Source: Psammoneis japonica (lineage: Eukaryota). Taken from it: a stretch of DNA of 64,000 nt. Of this stretch, positions 13,440 through 26,646 are shown piece after piece (position 1 is the stretch's first letter; each line of letters opens with the position of its first letter). A model generated the notes under the pieces. The model was not told the origin of the DNA, did no database searches, and saw only the letters and a program-made list of their open reading frames with translations. A program made the translations under genes and the position numbers. The stretch is from the NCBI GenBank assembly GCA_008632985.1, contig QPGO01000028.1, positions 367,598-431,597 of the forward strand, written 5' to 3'.

Positions 13440-14009
13440 TCACAAGCCAAATTCAGCAAAGAAATCTGTCGAATCTCTCTCTGTTTGGACTTTGCTCTCA
13501 AGATCAATGAGATTGGCAGTTGGAACTGACCTCATCGTCTTGTTTGATCCTACTTCAGTTATTTCATCAGGAACTAAGATTTTGGGCGCAAAAGTCTTCA
13601 TCTCATACTTTTGTTGAATGTGTGCAAGCCACACAGAGTCGGAAGCATCCTTGGATGGTCTTTCATTGACTCCTCCATAAATCTCATTGGCTTTTGCATT
13701 TCCCATTGCTTTCATTCGATCCAACTCGTCCTCACCCCACAAATAAGTTCCGGTGCATCCTTTGGGCTTTGAAACATGCGTTCCCAGTGCTCGATGCAAC
13801 GACCCACACCGGAGACAAAGAAAGACGCCTAGATTGACACTGCTCCAAACCGTTCCGTGGTCGCCGCAGTCGGCACAATGCGAGTTCTCGTGCGAACGAC
13901 GCAATTCGAGGAGCTCCTTCATGGTTTCATCGTGACGGCTCTCAATCTCCTCCTTTGGATACTTGTTTCCAAGCTTGGATGTCCAGATGGTGCTAGTTGG
14001 TGTCGACAT
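13440..14009 (-). CDS. ArfGAP-domain protein (~189 aa)
   Basis: CADCG...WSSVNLGVFLCLRCGSLHRALGTHVSK, MGNAKANEIY and IQQKYE. Likely start is MSTPTS at 14009. Confidence 0.92.
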   Translation of the reverse strand: MSTPTSTIWTSKLGNKYPKEEIESRHDETMKELLELRRSHENSHCADCGDHGTVWSSVNLGVFLCLRCGSLHRALGTHVSKPKGCTGTYLWGEDELDRMKAMGNAKANEIYGGVNERPSKDASDSVWLAHIQQKYEMKTFAPKILVPDEITEVGSNKTMRSVPTANLIDLESKVQTERDSTDFFAEFGL

Positions 14010-14380
14010 GTTGTTTGTATCAATGGGAATGAATCGAGAAAACACCGTATTGCGGCGATTTTGTGAAGCACGACTCAAAGCGCGCAGTTTCACTCCGTCC
14101 ACGACTAAAAGCGGAGTCGGGGTTGAGGGCAGGGCAAGTCGTTGCGCTACATCAGCAGCAAACAGTTTGCTTGGATATTCGTCCTCTCTACGTCTCTCTG
14201 TAAACCACGTAGTGCTGGTCTGTACCTGGGGCTCTATCAGGATATTCTGGATTCTCCAATTCGCTGCCGCGGCGCGAGCGACACGCTGCTTGCCATCGTC
14301 GCATAGCAGACTTTCTTTCCGAACCGAAATTACGAACATGTTTTCACACGCTTACAAACAATCAAACTCGTCGTCATTCT

Positions 14381-15668
14381 CTACACTTTCTTACAAATCT
14401 GTACAATATCCTCATCCTGTAACACATGATCCTTTCCACAACGCTGCGGTTGGTGCTTGGCCGACTTTCCCCAAACAAAGGCATGAGAAAACTCATCAAT
14501 AAGCGATTTGTGAAGCCTGTTGCAAAACTGCTCAATGGTTGGATTGCGTTCGGAATGGAGAATGACTGGTTCGTCATAGTCTGGTATCTGCCCCTTTGGT
14601 TTAGTGTAAATGCGAAGCATGTTGCAGCGACTACGTGAGCAAGTGAATCGATGGTGAGCACCACATGAAACAACAACCAGCAGACACTTAGAAGAGCTCA
14701 AGACATGAGACATAGCAAACTCACTTCCATATTTCTTCCATGAGCTCGTCAAGATTCCATTCGTGCTGAGATGATATTGGCACGTAATTGGGCATCTGAT
14801 CTAAGATATCCAGCTCCTCAATCGTCAGTGCATCAATCTTGTTGAATACATACAAGACGGGAATATAAGCTCTGTTGCCCTCAACAACATCAATAAATTG
14901 GTCGACCGTAATGTCTTCTCTCAGAATAATTTCGGCACAGGAAATCCTATACTCTTTTAAAACCAGTCGGGCTGCATCCGCCGACATGCCCTTGGTTTGT
15001 GCCGCAATTTCTTGATAGCCAATGCCGCCCTTTTCCTTCTTGATAAGCTTGACTTCCGGGGGCTTTTGGTTGATGCGAATCCCAAAGCTGTACAACTCCT
15101 GTTCAATAATTTTCTTGTGGGTAACAGGCTTTGCAGAGTCCAGTACAATGAGAATGAGATTGCTACATGATAGAGAAAGAAGGTGAGTTTAAATAATTCA
15201 ACGAAAACAAAAATCATATGATCACAAAACGTACCATGTTCTTGCTGTTGAAATCACTTGTCGCCCACGACCCTTGCCATCAGCAGCACCCTCGATAATT
15301 CCAGGTAAGTCCAGCACTTGAATCCGGGCTCCCTTGTATTTCATGGTTCCCGGAATGCACGTGAGCGTCGTAAACTCGTAGGCGGCCGCTTCGGATCGCG
15401 TTCCCGTCAAGGTGGTGAGTAATGTGCTTTTCCCTACCGACGGAAACCCCACCAATCCCACACGCGTGTCTCCACTCTTGGTGACATCAAAGCCGCGTTC
15501 CGCGTTCTTGGTTCCCGCCGATTTGCCACCGGGGCCATTGATTAGTTCGGAACGCAACTTGGCGAGTTTGGCTTTCAAGGTTCCTAAATGGTAGCTCGTG
15601 GCTTTGTTCTTTTGTGTACGAGCCATTTCATCTTCGATTTCTTTGATTTTTTCTTGAATGTCCGTCAT
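14381..15668 (-). CDS. DRG1: Developmentally regulated GTP-binding protein (DRG1/Rbg1 type); exons 15668-15235, 15162-14725, 14630-14381
   Basis: [39 protein letters not shown] and IYTKPKG, with a TGS-type C-terminus. Two GT..AG introns restore the frame ([20 protein letters not shown]). Confidence 0.95.
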
Positions 15669-16747
15669 GGTTGCAGTTATGAGAACGAGTGTTTGGATGG
15701 AAGTACAAGTTTCGTTTGGTTCTCGCTAGTAGATAGAAGTAGGTTGTGAATGGTGAACGAGATTAGTGGAATGCCATCGTGCAATAAACGAAAAAAACAA
15801 AAAAATTGAAATTTCGAACCATCTTCACGCGCGTCCGCGCGATAACCAAGTTCGTGTGGCTACGGGGTACGGTACCGTACCGTACACTTGGTACGAAAGC
15901 TACGTTGGATTTTTCGGCGGACAGACTTTCCTCCAATCACCAAAAACTCTGCCCCTGCGGCCAACCCTCCCTCGGCCCCTTCGGCAATTGTGCCATTGTA
16001 CGACCCAAAATGCACAAAGGACCCCTTCCTGGTCACATCCGTGGTGCTGTCTGCTGCAATGTCATCGGACCCTTGCCCCCCGTCCCTTCCTGAGCCGCGG
16101 CCTGGCTGTGTGCCCACTCCCATCAACGCTCCATCCTCAAGCAGCCATTCAGCCTCTCCTCCCTGGCTGTCCCTTCAAATGTCCCACCAACAGTTGAGTC
16201 AAGTTCATTCCTGACTCCACCCCTCCCAATGCACCATCCATGCATCACATTCTTGCCGTTGATCATTGTGGTGCTGCTGTCCCTCCAGCTCCTCCTGGCC
16301 CTGTGCCTGTTTTGCCTGCTCATCCCACCAACCTCCTCACCCCAAGGCTCACCTGTGCAGCACCCAAGACAAGCCATCAGGCCACAACACACCCACCTCT
16401 GACAGCTCATCTGTCATTGCCACCACCAACAATGCCAGCCTCTTTCTTCTCTCCTTCACCATTGACTGCCTTTTGACGGGCATTGGCTGTCACTTCCCCA
16501 CGCCTTTCTTTTTGGCCTCTCCCAGCTTGCCCTCACCCTCCACTCCCTCGCCCCTGCCCAAGCAACCCTGGATCAAACCACCCAATTTCTCTAATTCCCA
16601 CCCTTCTTTCTCCAACTGCCAGACCTCCCTTTTCTCCCCCCTGTCAAACCTGCACTTCCAAGCACGAACCAGCTCTCCACACCCTGGGGAAACACATTTC
16701 TGCTGTGGAGTGCCCCAGCTCCTGTGTGAATGATGATTGGTCAGCTG

Positions 16748-17144
16748 TGCACTGTGCTCAAAGAACAAGTGCAAATGAAAGTGCAGCAGAACAAATCATG
16801 AAAATTGGAAATTGCAAGATTGGCTTTTGCTCTGCGATTTTGGGTTTCTCCGAATGAGCTCTCAATGGCGCAAAGCATTTGCACTGCTCCTGCAGAGCAA
16901 AAGCCTTTTGGAAAATCCAGCCATGATGACAGCATGTCCACAGATGCAACCAACATTGACATCTTGTGTGTCATCATTGTCCATCGATCGTGTTTGCAAT
17001 TTTAGACATCTGACCAATTTTGTGTGATCGATCGTCTGCTGACCTTTGCACAAATCCACAATTGTCGCGCGATTGACATTTGTGCAATGATGTGCAATCA
17101 TTGCGAACATGCACAATTTCTTCCACTTGACAATGCACACTGCA
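16748..17144 (-). repeat. Solo LTR related to Gypsy 2
   Basis: Diverged reverse-complement match to 22911-23297; TG..CA ends; flanked by GCTG on both sides (16744-16747, 17145-17148), a probable 4-bp TSD. Confidence 0.8.
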
Positions 17145-17359
17145 GCTGGACAATTGTGGCAGCTGCAGTGTGTGGTGTCTTGCAAAAAGGCAAAAAAATG
17201 AAATTCGAGTGGGCGAGTGCTGGATGCCCCGGCATGCTGTGTGTGCACGCCTCTCTGTGGCTTTTTGTTGGCAATCTCAAGATCCAACACTCCAGCTTTC
17301 CAGCTTTGGCTTGAAGTTCCTTTGGCCTTGGATGATTGATGGTTGGAGCACACATCAAT

Positions 17360-18039
17360 CAAGCATGACACCACCACTGGAGAAGAAAGCAATTGAAAAA
17401 GAGCACAGCTGCTGGAACAATTTCATTCCAGATTTGACATTGCTGTTCCCTTGCAGTTTGGAGTTTTGGTTGCAACCAAGGCAGACAAGCGGTGGCCTGT
17501 TGTTGAGTTTGGATGTGGCAACGAACGGGTGGGACGTCATTTGCCTCTCCTGGAACAAATTCAACGCATTGGCCTGTGACTTGAGCAACAGAGCCATTGA
17601 CCACAACATCGCCAAAGAAAAGGAAAGTGGCCACCCTGATCCAGTTACGTTTGAACTGTGCAATGTGGGGCGGGCCCAGCAGGTGAAAGACCTCATCAAA
17701 AAGGCCAGCCTTGAAAGCAATGGAAACCTGGTGCTGTGCAATCATTTCTTCCTGCATGCTTTGGATGAAACCCAGGAGGGGACTTTCTTGATGGCCTTGT
17801 CCAAAGCTGCCATGACAGGTGACAAGCTCTGCGTGGAGCACAGGTGCTTGTTGGATGCCGCCATGGACCATTTGTGCAAGAACCGCTGCAGAAGATGTGT
17901 CAACACAGATGAGTTGGTTGAGAAATTGGACCGACTGGATTTTGATGTCATCTGTCAGATTACAGGGCAGGGGATGGCAAAGCACAAGGACAAAGATCCT
18001 TTCATCAGCCACATTGTTGCAGAGAAGCATTGGGATTAG
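17360..18039 (+). pseudogene. Class I SAM-dependent methyltransferase-like gene relic
   Basis: EFGCGN motif I at ~17503-17520 (frameshifted), then FFLHA, GDKLCVEHR, CRRCVN and GQGMAKHKDKDP, which read as Tyr->Cys/His versions of a methyltransferase family. Confidence 0.6.
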
Positions 18040-18429
18040 AACAACACACACAAGAGCTGTGGCTTGCTTCCTTCTGGAGACCTTTCGTCTTTCTCAAACT
18101 GTTGGTTTTGCTGCTCAGATGTCATGATTGCCTCAATGTTAGATTGGTGCGACTTGCAGGCATCCAACAGGTCTAAGACTCACAGGTTAAAGCACTGCAT
18201 GAGCTCTTGATTTGGGCACTGTCGTCTTCTTGATGATGCCATCCTGCAGGGCCCCAGAACAACAAATTTTAGCAAGCCCTGTAGAAAATCTCCCTTGCTT
18301 GTGTCTGCTTCACTCTCTAGATTGATTGCAGAGATGAAAAACATCCAATCTGAAAAAATGATGCAGGGTGGCTCACAACTCACAACTGAGTTTCCATGGA
18401 TTGCTTGCACAGTTTTAGCATGAAAGAGG

Positions 18430-21400
18430 TGGGGCACAGTTGTCATGAGGTCAACAATGAATTGCAAAACAGTGTGTTGCCAGAATTGTTCAATCTCATG
18501 TTTTCCACTTTTCATCATTTGGGCCACTTTTGTTTGCACTCATTCTTTGACAACAGCGCATTGTGCCTGAAACCACAGAAGGTAAAAACACAAAAATGAA
18601 GCTTTCACCTCATGTTGCTGCTGCCAAGTCTGTCATCAAGCAGAAGAAGGTCACACCGGTGCTGCTGGAATCAATTTCTGAGCCAAAGATGCTCAAACCA
18701 AGCCTGTGAAGATGGAACAGTGTTTGCAACCCAGAAGACAAGAAGAGTCACACCTGCACACAATCAATGTTGAGTGCCACAACAAGCAGGGAGTTCCCAA
18801 GTGCATCAAATTTTTGAAAAACTGCGGCAAGCTCTTTGTTGGTCAGAGTGTCAAGAAACAAGCCAACAACAAGTTCTGTCTGATGTGCATGTTGTTGGCT
18901 GCAGGGAGATGCTTTGCGAGTTTTTGAGAACAAGGCAACAAACACAGATGATGAAGAAGATGAGGAAGCCTTTGAAAAATGCCAGTGTTTCTCAAGCCAT
19001 GTCTTCCCAAAGAGTGCACTTCAGAATCAGAAATGGCATCTGCAATGTGATCTCAAGAAGCCAGAGACCACAAAGATCTGAGAAATTGCTGCTTGCACCC
19101 AGGAGGTCAACGAAGATCTCAAGTGTCATCCTCCCTTCAAGTCTGGGCAGAGTTTGGACAGAGACAAGCTCTGTGACATTGTCTGCAATCTTGCACCCTG
19201 TTGATGGCATTGTCAGTCTACCCTGAAAGGTTTTGAAATTTTGGACCAGGCCTTTGACAATTTGGTGGAGTTCTCACAGAATGTTTGGAGGTTTCAGGGG
19301 GAACATTTGACCAAATCCATGTCAAGGGCAATGCTGACAGCAAGTCTGGTTCCAAATCCAAGGATGGATCTCAACATGGTCCCAAAAATGGTTGCCAAGC
19401 CAGTGCCAAGCATTCCAAATCCAACAAGTGGTGCAGCTGTTGTGTGAAAAGACCACTCACAATGCAAGGAAATGCTGGGTCATTGAAAAACCAGCAAAGG
19501 AATGCTGTGAGAATTCTGAGCTGCATCTGAAATGGCAACGTTCATGTGGCAACACACATGGTCATGTTGCAACACTGACAAGGAAGAAATCAATGTCATG
19601 ATTCAACAGGCAGTCCATGAAACTCTCAAGGCAAGTTCATTGAAAAATGACAGAAAGCAAAAGGGCAAAGATTCTGACTCTGACACTCTCAGTGACAGAA
19701 ACCACCAATTTGACTGAATGATTTTCAGCGAATCTGAAGAATGACCATCTCCTGTTGAGGAGTCTCATGCATTGCTGGATGTTGGGAAGCCTGAAAAAAG
19801 GCCAAAGTGGCACTCATCCCAGTCTCCAGCAGTCATGATTGCTCACATGAACACTTCCTTGGGAAAGGAGAAAAATGTGCCTCTGCACATTCTTCTCAAC
19901 AGTGGAACATTGTCAACCACAATTTTGCACAAATTCATGAAGAAGTTCAAGGGCAGCCTCTTTGCGACTGACAATTGATGTAACATTTAATTCTTGCTGC
20001 CTGAATTTGACAAACACAAGTTGATTGAGAAGACAGCACATGTTGACAACTCCACTGCTTCTTTAAGATGCAATGTGATTGTGCAACATGATTCAATGAC
20101 AAGCAGAGGAATCATCCTTGATTTCATGAACAAAGAAATCAAGTGGGAAGATGCAACTGCACCAACAAAGAATGTTGACACACTTTTTGATGCTGAAGTG
20201 TTCAAGCTGATTGCCGATCACACTGAAGAGTCTCATGCCATGAACAGCTTTAATGACAGGATTCACAAAATCCTCAACGCCAACTGTCATGCTGCCATTC
20301 TCAATGATGTGACTGCTGCAGCTGCTCATCTGAGCAGAAGCAACTGAGCTTCCTCCTAAAAAGGTTGAGCCCCTTTTTGATGGTTCTCCAGGCAAGTCAA
20401 CAAAAAACTGGTTGATCTTGCACTGAAATCAGATGCAACTCTGTGCACCATGTGCAACCATTTCCAGCTCTACAAGCCTTGGAGGTGACCATTTGAAAGG
20501 TGAGGGGTGGACAGAATGTTGAGCCATTCTGAACGGGCAGCTTCAACCTTCATTCAGCCAAAGAAAAATGGCAGAGTTTGGCTCCCATCCCACTTCCATG
20601 AGCTTGACAGAAGGTCAACACATGCTCCATGTCCTCTGCCCAAAATTCAGGATGTGGCTGCCACAGAAGCCAGAGGGTTTCATGCATGCAACCTCACTGG
20701 ATTTGAACATGGGACACTGCCATGTTGATTGAGTTGACACCACACGCACATCATTTGTGCAAGATTGTGATGCCCTGGGGTAAATGCAAGTGCTGCTGCA
20801 GACTTCCAATGGGGATCTGTGGAGCTCCAGATGTTTTTCAGGAGCATGTGAGTGAGCCCATGTGGTGGGATTAGAAATTGTCAGAACTTGTGTTGATGAC
20901 AAACCGTGCCTGACAAAAGGTGACTTCAAAGATTGTTTGACAAAACTTGAGACAACATTCACACAGCTCAAACAAGCTGGGTTGAAGGTCAATGCCAAAA
21001 AGTCATTTTCACTGAGCCTGAAGCACATTGTCCAGGCTTTCATGTCACATGAAATGGCATCAGACCAACACCTGAGAAAGAGGAGACAATTCAAGCAATT
21101 GCAGCTCCCACAACTTGCAACAAATTGCAGTGTTTCATTGATGTGATCAATTGCTGTTAAGACATGTGGCCTCAACCATCTCATGCACTTGCTCCTTCAG
21201 TTAAACTCACCTCATCTAAGGTCAAGTGGCAATGGACAAGCACAGAACAAAAAGCCTTCAAAAATGTGATGCAGATCATGTCATGAGACACATCATCATC
21301 ACACCTTAATTTCAATGCACCTTTTGAGATGTGGGCCAATGCAAGCAATTCTCAATGGGGAGTGGTCACAATGCAGAACAACAGCCAGACCTGTTGCCTT

Positions 21401-23297
21401 CTGCTGCCACAAGCCAAGTGGAGTGCAGACATGCTGCGCCGCAATGGAAAACAAACTTCTGTCCACAGTGGAAACACTCAAGGAATTCCAGTTTGGCCAA
21501 CAGATTGACACACGCACAGATCACACAAGAATCTTGCCCACAAGAATTTCACAACAGACAGAGTCATGCATTGACATCCAACAACAGAAGAACACTGCTC
21601 CAAAGTCATTCACCTTGAGGGCAGGGAAAACGTCATCACAGATGCAACCAGCCAACTTGCTGTGAAGAAAATGGGGAACCCATGGAAAACCTCAGCAATG
21701 AAGAAGAACTGGCTGACAAGGTTGCACCCAAATCCTGCAACAATGTCTTTCTGTTGATGTGCAAAGTTCTTGACACTGAACAAAAATGAGAGGGTGAAGA
21801 CATTTTCTCCAAATTGTTGAACACAACACATCACACAAAGACTTTTGTGGAGGCCAGCAAGATCAAATGTGCTTGCATGTCTAAAAGAACAAAATTGTTT
21901 CACCAAAGATGTTGCAAAAGACAGTGACAGACTGGTGTCACATGCAGCTTCTGCACCCCGGCACCCGGCACAAGTGAAACAGAAGAGACGACATCACAAC
22001 ACTCATGGCAGTCTGCCTTGTGTGAAGACACACATGAAAAGGTGTGTCGAAATGTGAGACATGCCAGAAATTCAAAAAGAAAAAAACAAATGCTGACATT
22101 TGCCTCCTGAGTGCACTGAATCAGTGCCATGGAAAGACCATGTGTGGATCTTGTTGGGCCATGCAAAATGCATGGCAAGGGAAGAAAAAAAACCTGAAAT
22201 GATAGATCCAGCAACAGGAGGATGGTTTGAAGCAGTGGAAATTTCCAAGTGAGGAGCCCACAACTGTTTCTGGACTGTTGGAGTGAAGTTGGCCAAGCAG
22301 ACATTCTCAGCCATCATCATTGGTTGCTTGCAATCATGGAAGTGAACTCATTGGACATCAACTCAGAGCTGTGGTCCACGGTGATCATGGCATGAAGTAA
22401 ATGCAAGCCCACAACTGCACAAAATCCACATGCAAATGCCACAATTGAGTGTGTGCATCAAGCACTGGGCAATGAGCTGCGTGCATTTGATTTGCAAAAT
22501 GCCCCCCTTGATGCACAGAATCCATTTGAAGGAATGCTGTCAGCAGCTGCTTTGCAGTGCATTTGACACAGCAGCATGCTGCACCAGCACAATTGGTCTT
22601 CAACAGACATGTTTTCAACATCCAACATGTGGCTGACTGGAAGTTCATTCAAAGACAAAAACAAGACACAATGAATGAAGACAATGCCAGAGAGAACACA
22701 TGGCACACTCCACACACATGAAAAGATCCTGCTGCCAGAGAAAGACTCTAAAAAAATGGAGCAGCCCTGTGCTGGACCCCACGTGGTGACAATGGCACAC
22801 ACCAATGGCACAGTGCAGATCAAATGTGGTGATGTCATTGACACAGACAATGTCCATTGTCAGACAACTCCATTCAATGAATGACTCCGATGTGCAATTG
22901 GGGAGGTGACTGCAGTGTGTGGTGTTGACCAGAAGAAATTGTGCACATTCACAAATGCATTGTGTCATGTGTGTCAATTGCACGATGATCGTGGATGTGT
23001 GGGAAGGTCAGATCAACCACACAGAATTGATCAGATGTCTAAAATTGCAAACGCCAGTGTGTGGTTGACAGACAATGCTGACACACAATGTGTCAATGTT
23101 GATTGCATCCGGACAATCTGTTGTTGCAATTAGATTTTCTGAAAGACCTTTGCTCTGTGGGAGCAGTGCAAATGCTTTGGGCCATTGAGAACTCCTTTGG
23201 AGAAACCCAGAATCACAGAGCAAAATTTAATCTCATGTTTTCCACTTTTCAAGATTTGTTCTCCTTTTGTTTGCACTCATTCTTTGAGCACAGTGCA
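18430..23297 (+). mobile_element. Ty3/Gypsy element 2, near full length and heavily degenerate
   Basis: Partial 5' LTR ending at 18560. Protease ILLNSG (~19890). RT FIQPKKNGRV, PLPKIQD and RTCVDD (20889). RNase H PVAFC..K, LLSTVETLKEF. Integrase PWK..CVDL, GPHVV..HTNGTVQI. PPT ggggaggtgac before the LTR at 22911. Confidence 0.85.
22911..23297 (+). repeat. Gypsy 2 3' LTR
   Basis: TG..CA termini, follows the PPT; its 3' end matches 18490-18560 and the solo LTR at 16748-17144. Confidence 0.82.
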
Positions 23298-24199
23298 GGA
23301 GATTCTTTGGCACTTCTGTTTCTTTGCAAACATGAAAGGCAGTGACCTCTGCTTGCTTTGCACAGCCCATGGCACCATTGAAAATCTTGCAAAATGTGCC
23401 AATCAAGTTCATCTTGGCAGCCAAACTTGGACATTTGGAGATGGCAACACTGAGCAATTTGGGAGAGTCAAGTCAATGCCTGGACTGAGAGAGCATGAGT
23501 CATTTGGCATTCTCACAATCGCACCCCCACCTTGATCTGCACTTACATTGGAGCTTTGGCATCTTGCACCCAGCCTTGAACTGCTCTGCAATGACAGAGG
23601 GTGGTTGGCAATGCCCACGACACTCAGACGACATTGGACACATGGTGCATGATGACAGCAAACAAGATGGTGACAAAAAAGGTCCCAAACAATGGTGCTG
23701 GAAATTGATGAAAATGGCAGTGTTTAGTGGTGCAATTGTTGGAGGTGTTGCAGTGCTTTTTTTTGTGTTTTGCAGTTTAGAGGAGGAGCTCTGATGATGC
23801 CAAAGAAAAAAGCTCCAGTGTGCCCCACACAAATTCTGTAATGCACATCTTGCTGACATTGAAAGCTGCAGTGGGCAGGTCATTCCTGTTTGGACAGTGG
23901 GATTGCTCTCAAGTCATGGGCCACACTTGTGCTGCAAGCAAGCTGGGCCCCTCTGCCACATCATGGAACAACAACAAAACACCTTTGGCACATTGTCAAA
24001 ACTGTTGGCGAGTGTTTCTGATGCACCAGCCACCTCTGCTCTGTCAGTGCAAATGGTGTGTGCATCATCCTTCTCATCATTGCTTTCATTGACATCATCA
24101 GTCAATGTTTTGTGAGTCACAGCATGGTGCAAGCCCTGCTTGTGCATCTGCAGGATGTCAGTTGTGCCATCAAGGATTGGGCTCCAACTGGCAATTGTG

Positions 24200-26300
24200 C
24201 AGTGCAGTTGTCCTCATGTGCAATGTCCCCCACCCATGGCACCCATTCAAAGATTGCACAATCATGGCAAGCAAAACTCTCATCACTCCAGGCTGCTCTG
24301 TCACTGACACTGGCCCAAGATGTGAGCTCACCCCCATCACAGCACCAACTGGCACCAACTTCATGACAATGGCAATGGCCATGTTTGCAGCAGCCCATGA
24401 TGCTGTTTGCCCTGCATCCCCACCTCCTCATGCTGCTGTGCATGCAACTGGCTACCACACCTGTGGGAGATGTCCCAGCCCCAACATTGCAAGTGAGGCC
24501 CTGCCTCCAGCCTCTCCTGCCTGAGCAGCCACACTTCCTCTTGTGCCATCCCTTCTGAGTCAATCTCTGTGTCCACCACCCACTCTTCCTCCAAATTGGC
24601 CTCACACACCTCCTGACAATGGCACCTGACCAGCCAACCAGCATCCCAGCCCCCCCGCCCTTGCCCATGCATTGGCCACCAACCTGACAGCATGATGCCA
24701 ACAACAACTTGATGAGGCATTTCAACAAAAATGGGCCAATTCCAAGCCACTCCTTTTGCAAAATTCCATGGCAGAAGTTTGTTGGCTCAGACAGATTTTC
24801 CTCAACAAGACAGCCAACAATGCTGTGACAAACTCCAGAACAACCCTGCATGCATCTCTCCCAGCAGACCTGCAAATCTCAACTGTTGAACACTGTTTGC
24901 ACACACATGACAAATCAACTGGATGCCTGTTGCAATGAAGCCATTGCCCTGGCAGTTGATGCTGCCAATGCTGCTGTTGCCTCATGTGATGACATCTTCA
25001 TTTGACAATTCTGAGTGGGGCACAATGATGCCCAAAATCAACAAACGTCTCCTTGCAGGATGTTGCCAGAGATTGAGGCTGGCCTGTTCATTGTCCTCAA
25101 ACAGATCAAATCTGCTGTCCAAGAGCACAAGACCCACACAGACACAGCAGCACCCAATGGCCTTCACCAACTTGGGGATCTCACCAGCAGCCAGCAGCAG
25201 TTGAAAAAATCTGGGAAATCGCACAACAAAATTCACCCAGGAGATGACTCAGGAAATGAACCTCCTCCATGCTTGCCTGGAGGCAATGCAGGACATGACA
25301 GAATCTGTCATTCAGAGCAGGCTGGTCCATCCATGGCAAACATGATGGCAAGCAGAGGCTTGACCTGCAAGGTGTGGGCAACAGATCCACTGCCCTCCTT
25401 TTTCCATGGATGCACACATTGACAACCCCATGCATCCTTGTTTGTTGCAACTGATGAGGAGCTTGTGGACACCCTGTGCAAACAGTTCAATGGTGTGATG
25501 GCTGAGATGGCTCAACTTGTGGCACAGCAATGTGACACTGTTGATGCCATGACAACTCAAGCAACAGAGGTGCAGAAGGTCTTGTTTGCCATGTGGCACA
25601 TGGCAAAGAATGGGGCAATCACAAAAAGAGCTTCAACCATCTGCCAATCAATGAAAACCTCACACTGGAATTTTTCAGCTGACTGACTCTTTCCACAAAT
25701 CCCCAAAAAGCCATGCACTCAAGGACATTTGCGCACACTGCTGTGCCATGTCCAATTCCAATGGCAACTTGAGCACCTGTGACAACACCATGGACAACTG
25801 CATGTTGCTGCCGCCCCACCCTCCATCTTGTCTCTCCATGCACCAGAGCCCTCCACTTCACTCCCTTGCCTGCTCTCTCTCCCCAAACCAATGCGTCCCA
25901 TCAGATGCCTTTTTCCATCTCATGCTGCAATGCAGACTTCACCTTCCAACCTCTCCCAACCAATCTGAGTCCATTCATTGCCCCTCCAGCAGCAGTGGCA
26001 CCACTGATCCCTGTGGCAAGCATGCCTTCTGCTGTTGCTCACTGGCGCACAAAACCACAATGTTTGGCCTCTCTGCACAGAGCAACAATTCTTCTGCCAT
26101 CCACCACACAAACCTGCAAATCTTGTCCCAACACTCTCCCCTCAAGCACCTGGCTGACATTGGTGTCAAACTCCCCCCCCCCATGCTGCCAGGCCACCCC
26201 AGCAGCACAACAGGGGGCCTGCAGAGCCTCACCAGCCTCACAGAGTCACTTTGTCCCTTGCCAAAAACTGCGCGCTCAACTTGCTGCTCCCTCATCCAAA
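24200..26300 (+). pseudogene. Possible non-LTR (CRE/RLE-type) retrotransposon relic
   Basis: F...LQCRLHLP...C....DPCGKHAFCC and LADIGV in ORF 25748..26494 resemble the CCHC/RLE C-terminus. Very degenerate. Confidence 0.35.
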
Positions 26301-26646
26301 AACCAGCCATGTCCCACCTGCATGACCCAATTGTCATGTGTGTTGTGTCGGTCATTTCCACTCGACTTCACCCTCCTTGCCATTTCAATTGTCGCAGACA
26401 CGAAGCCGCCCCATTCCTGTGCCCTCGTTTGTCGGAAGTCGAACGTGGCCACGATCACAATGGACAACATCCGACAATGTGGAACTCAAATTGACTTGAT
26501 GAATTGTGTGTTGTGCAAAATGATTGCTGCAAGCAGGGATTCAGCTAAGTCTCTGGTCAAATCTAAATCAAGGTTCATGCGCTGGACTTGTTGGAGGGAC
26601 TCTTTGGCATTTTTGATGCCGCACTTGACTGGCACAGTTTGACCAG

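Noticed and set aside
14010..14339. N-terminal extension of the ArfGAP ORF
   Set aside because: It runs up to the DRG1 stop with no recognisable similarity; more likely UTR/intergenic.
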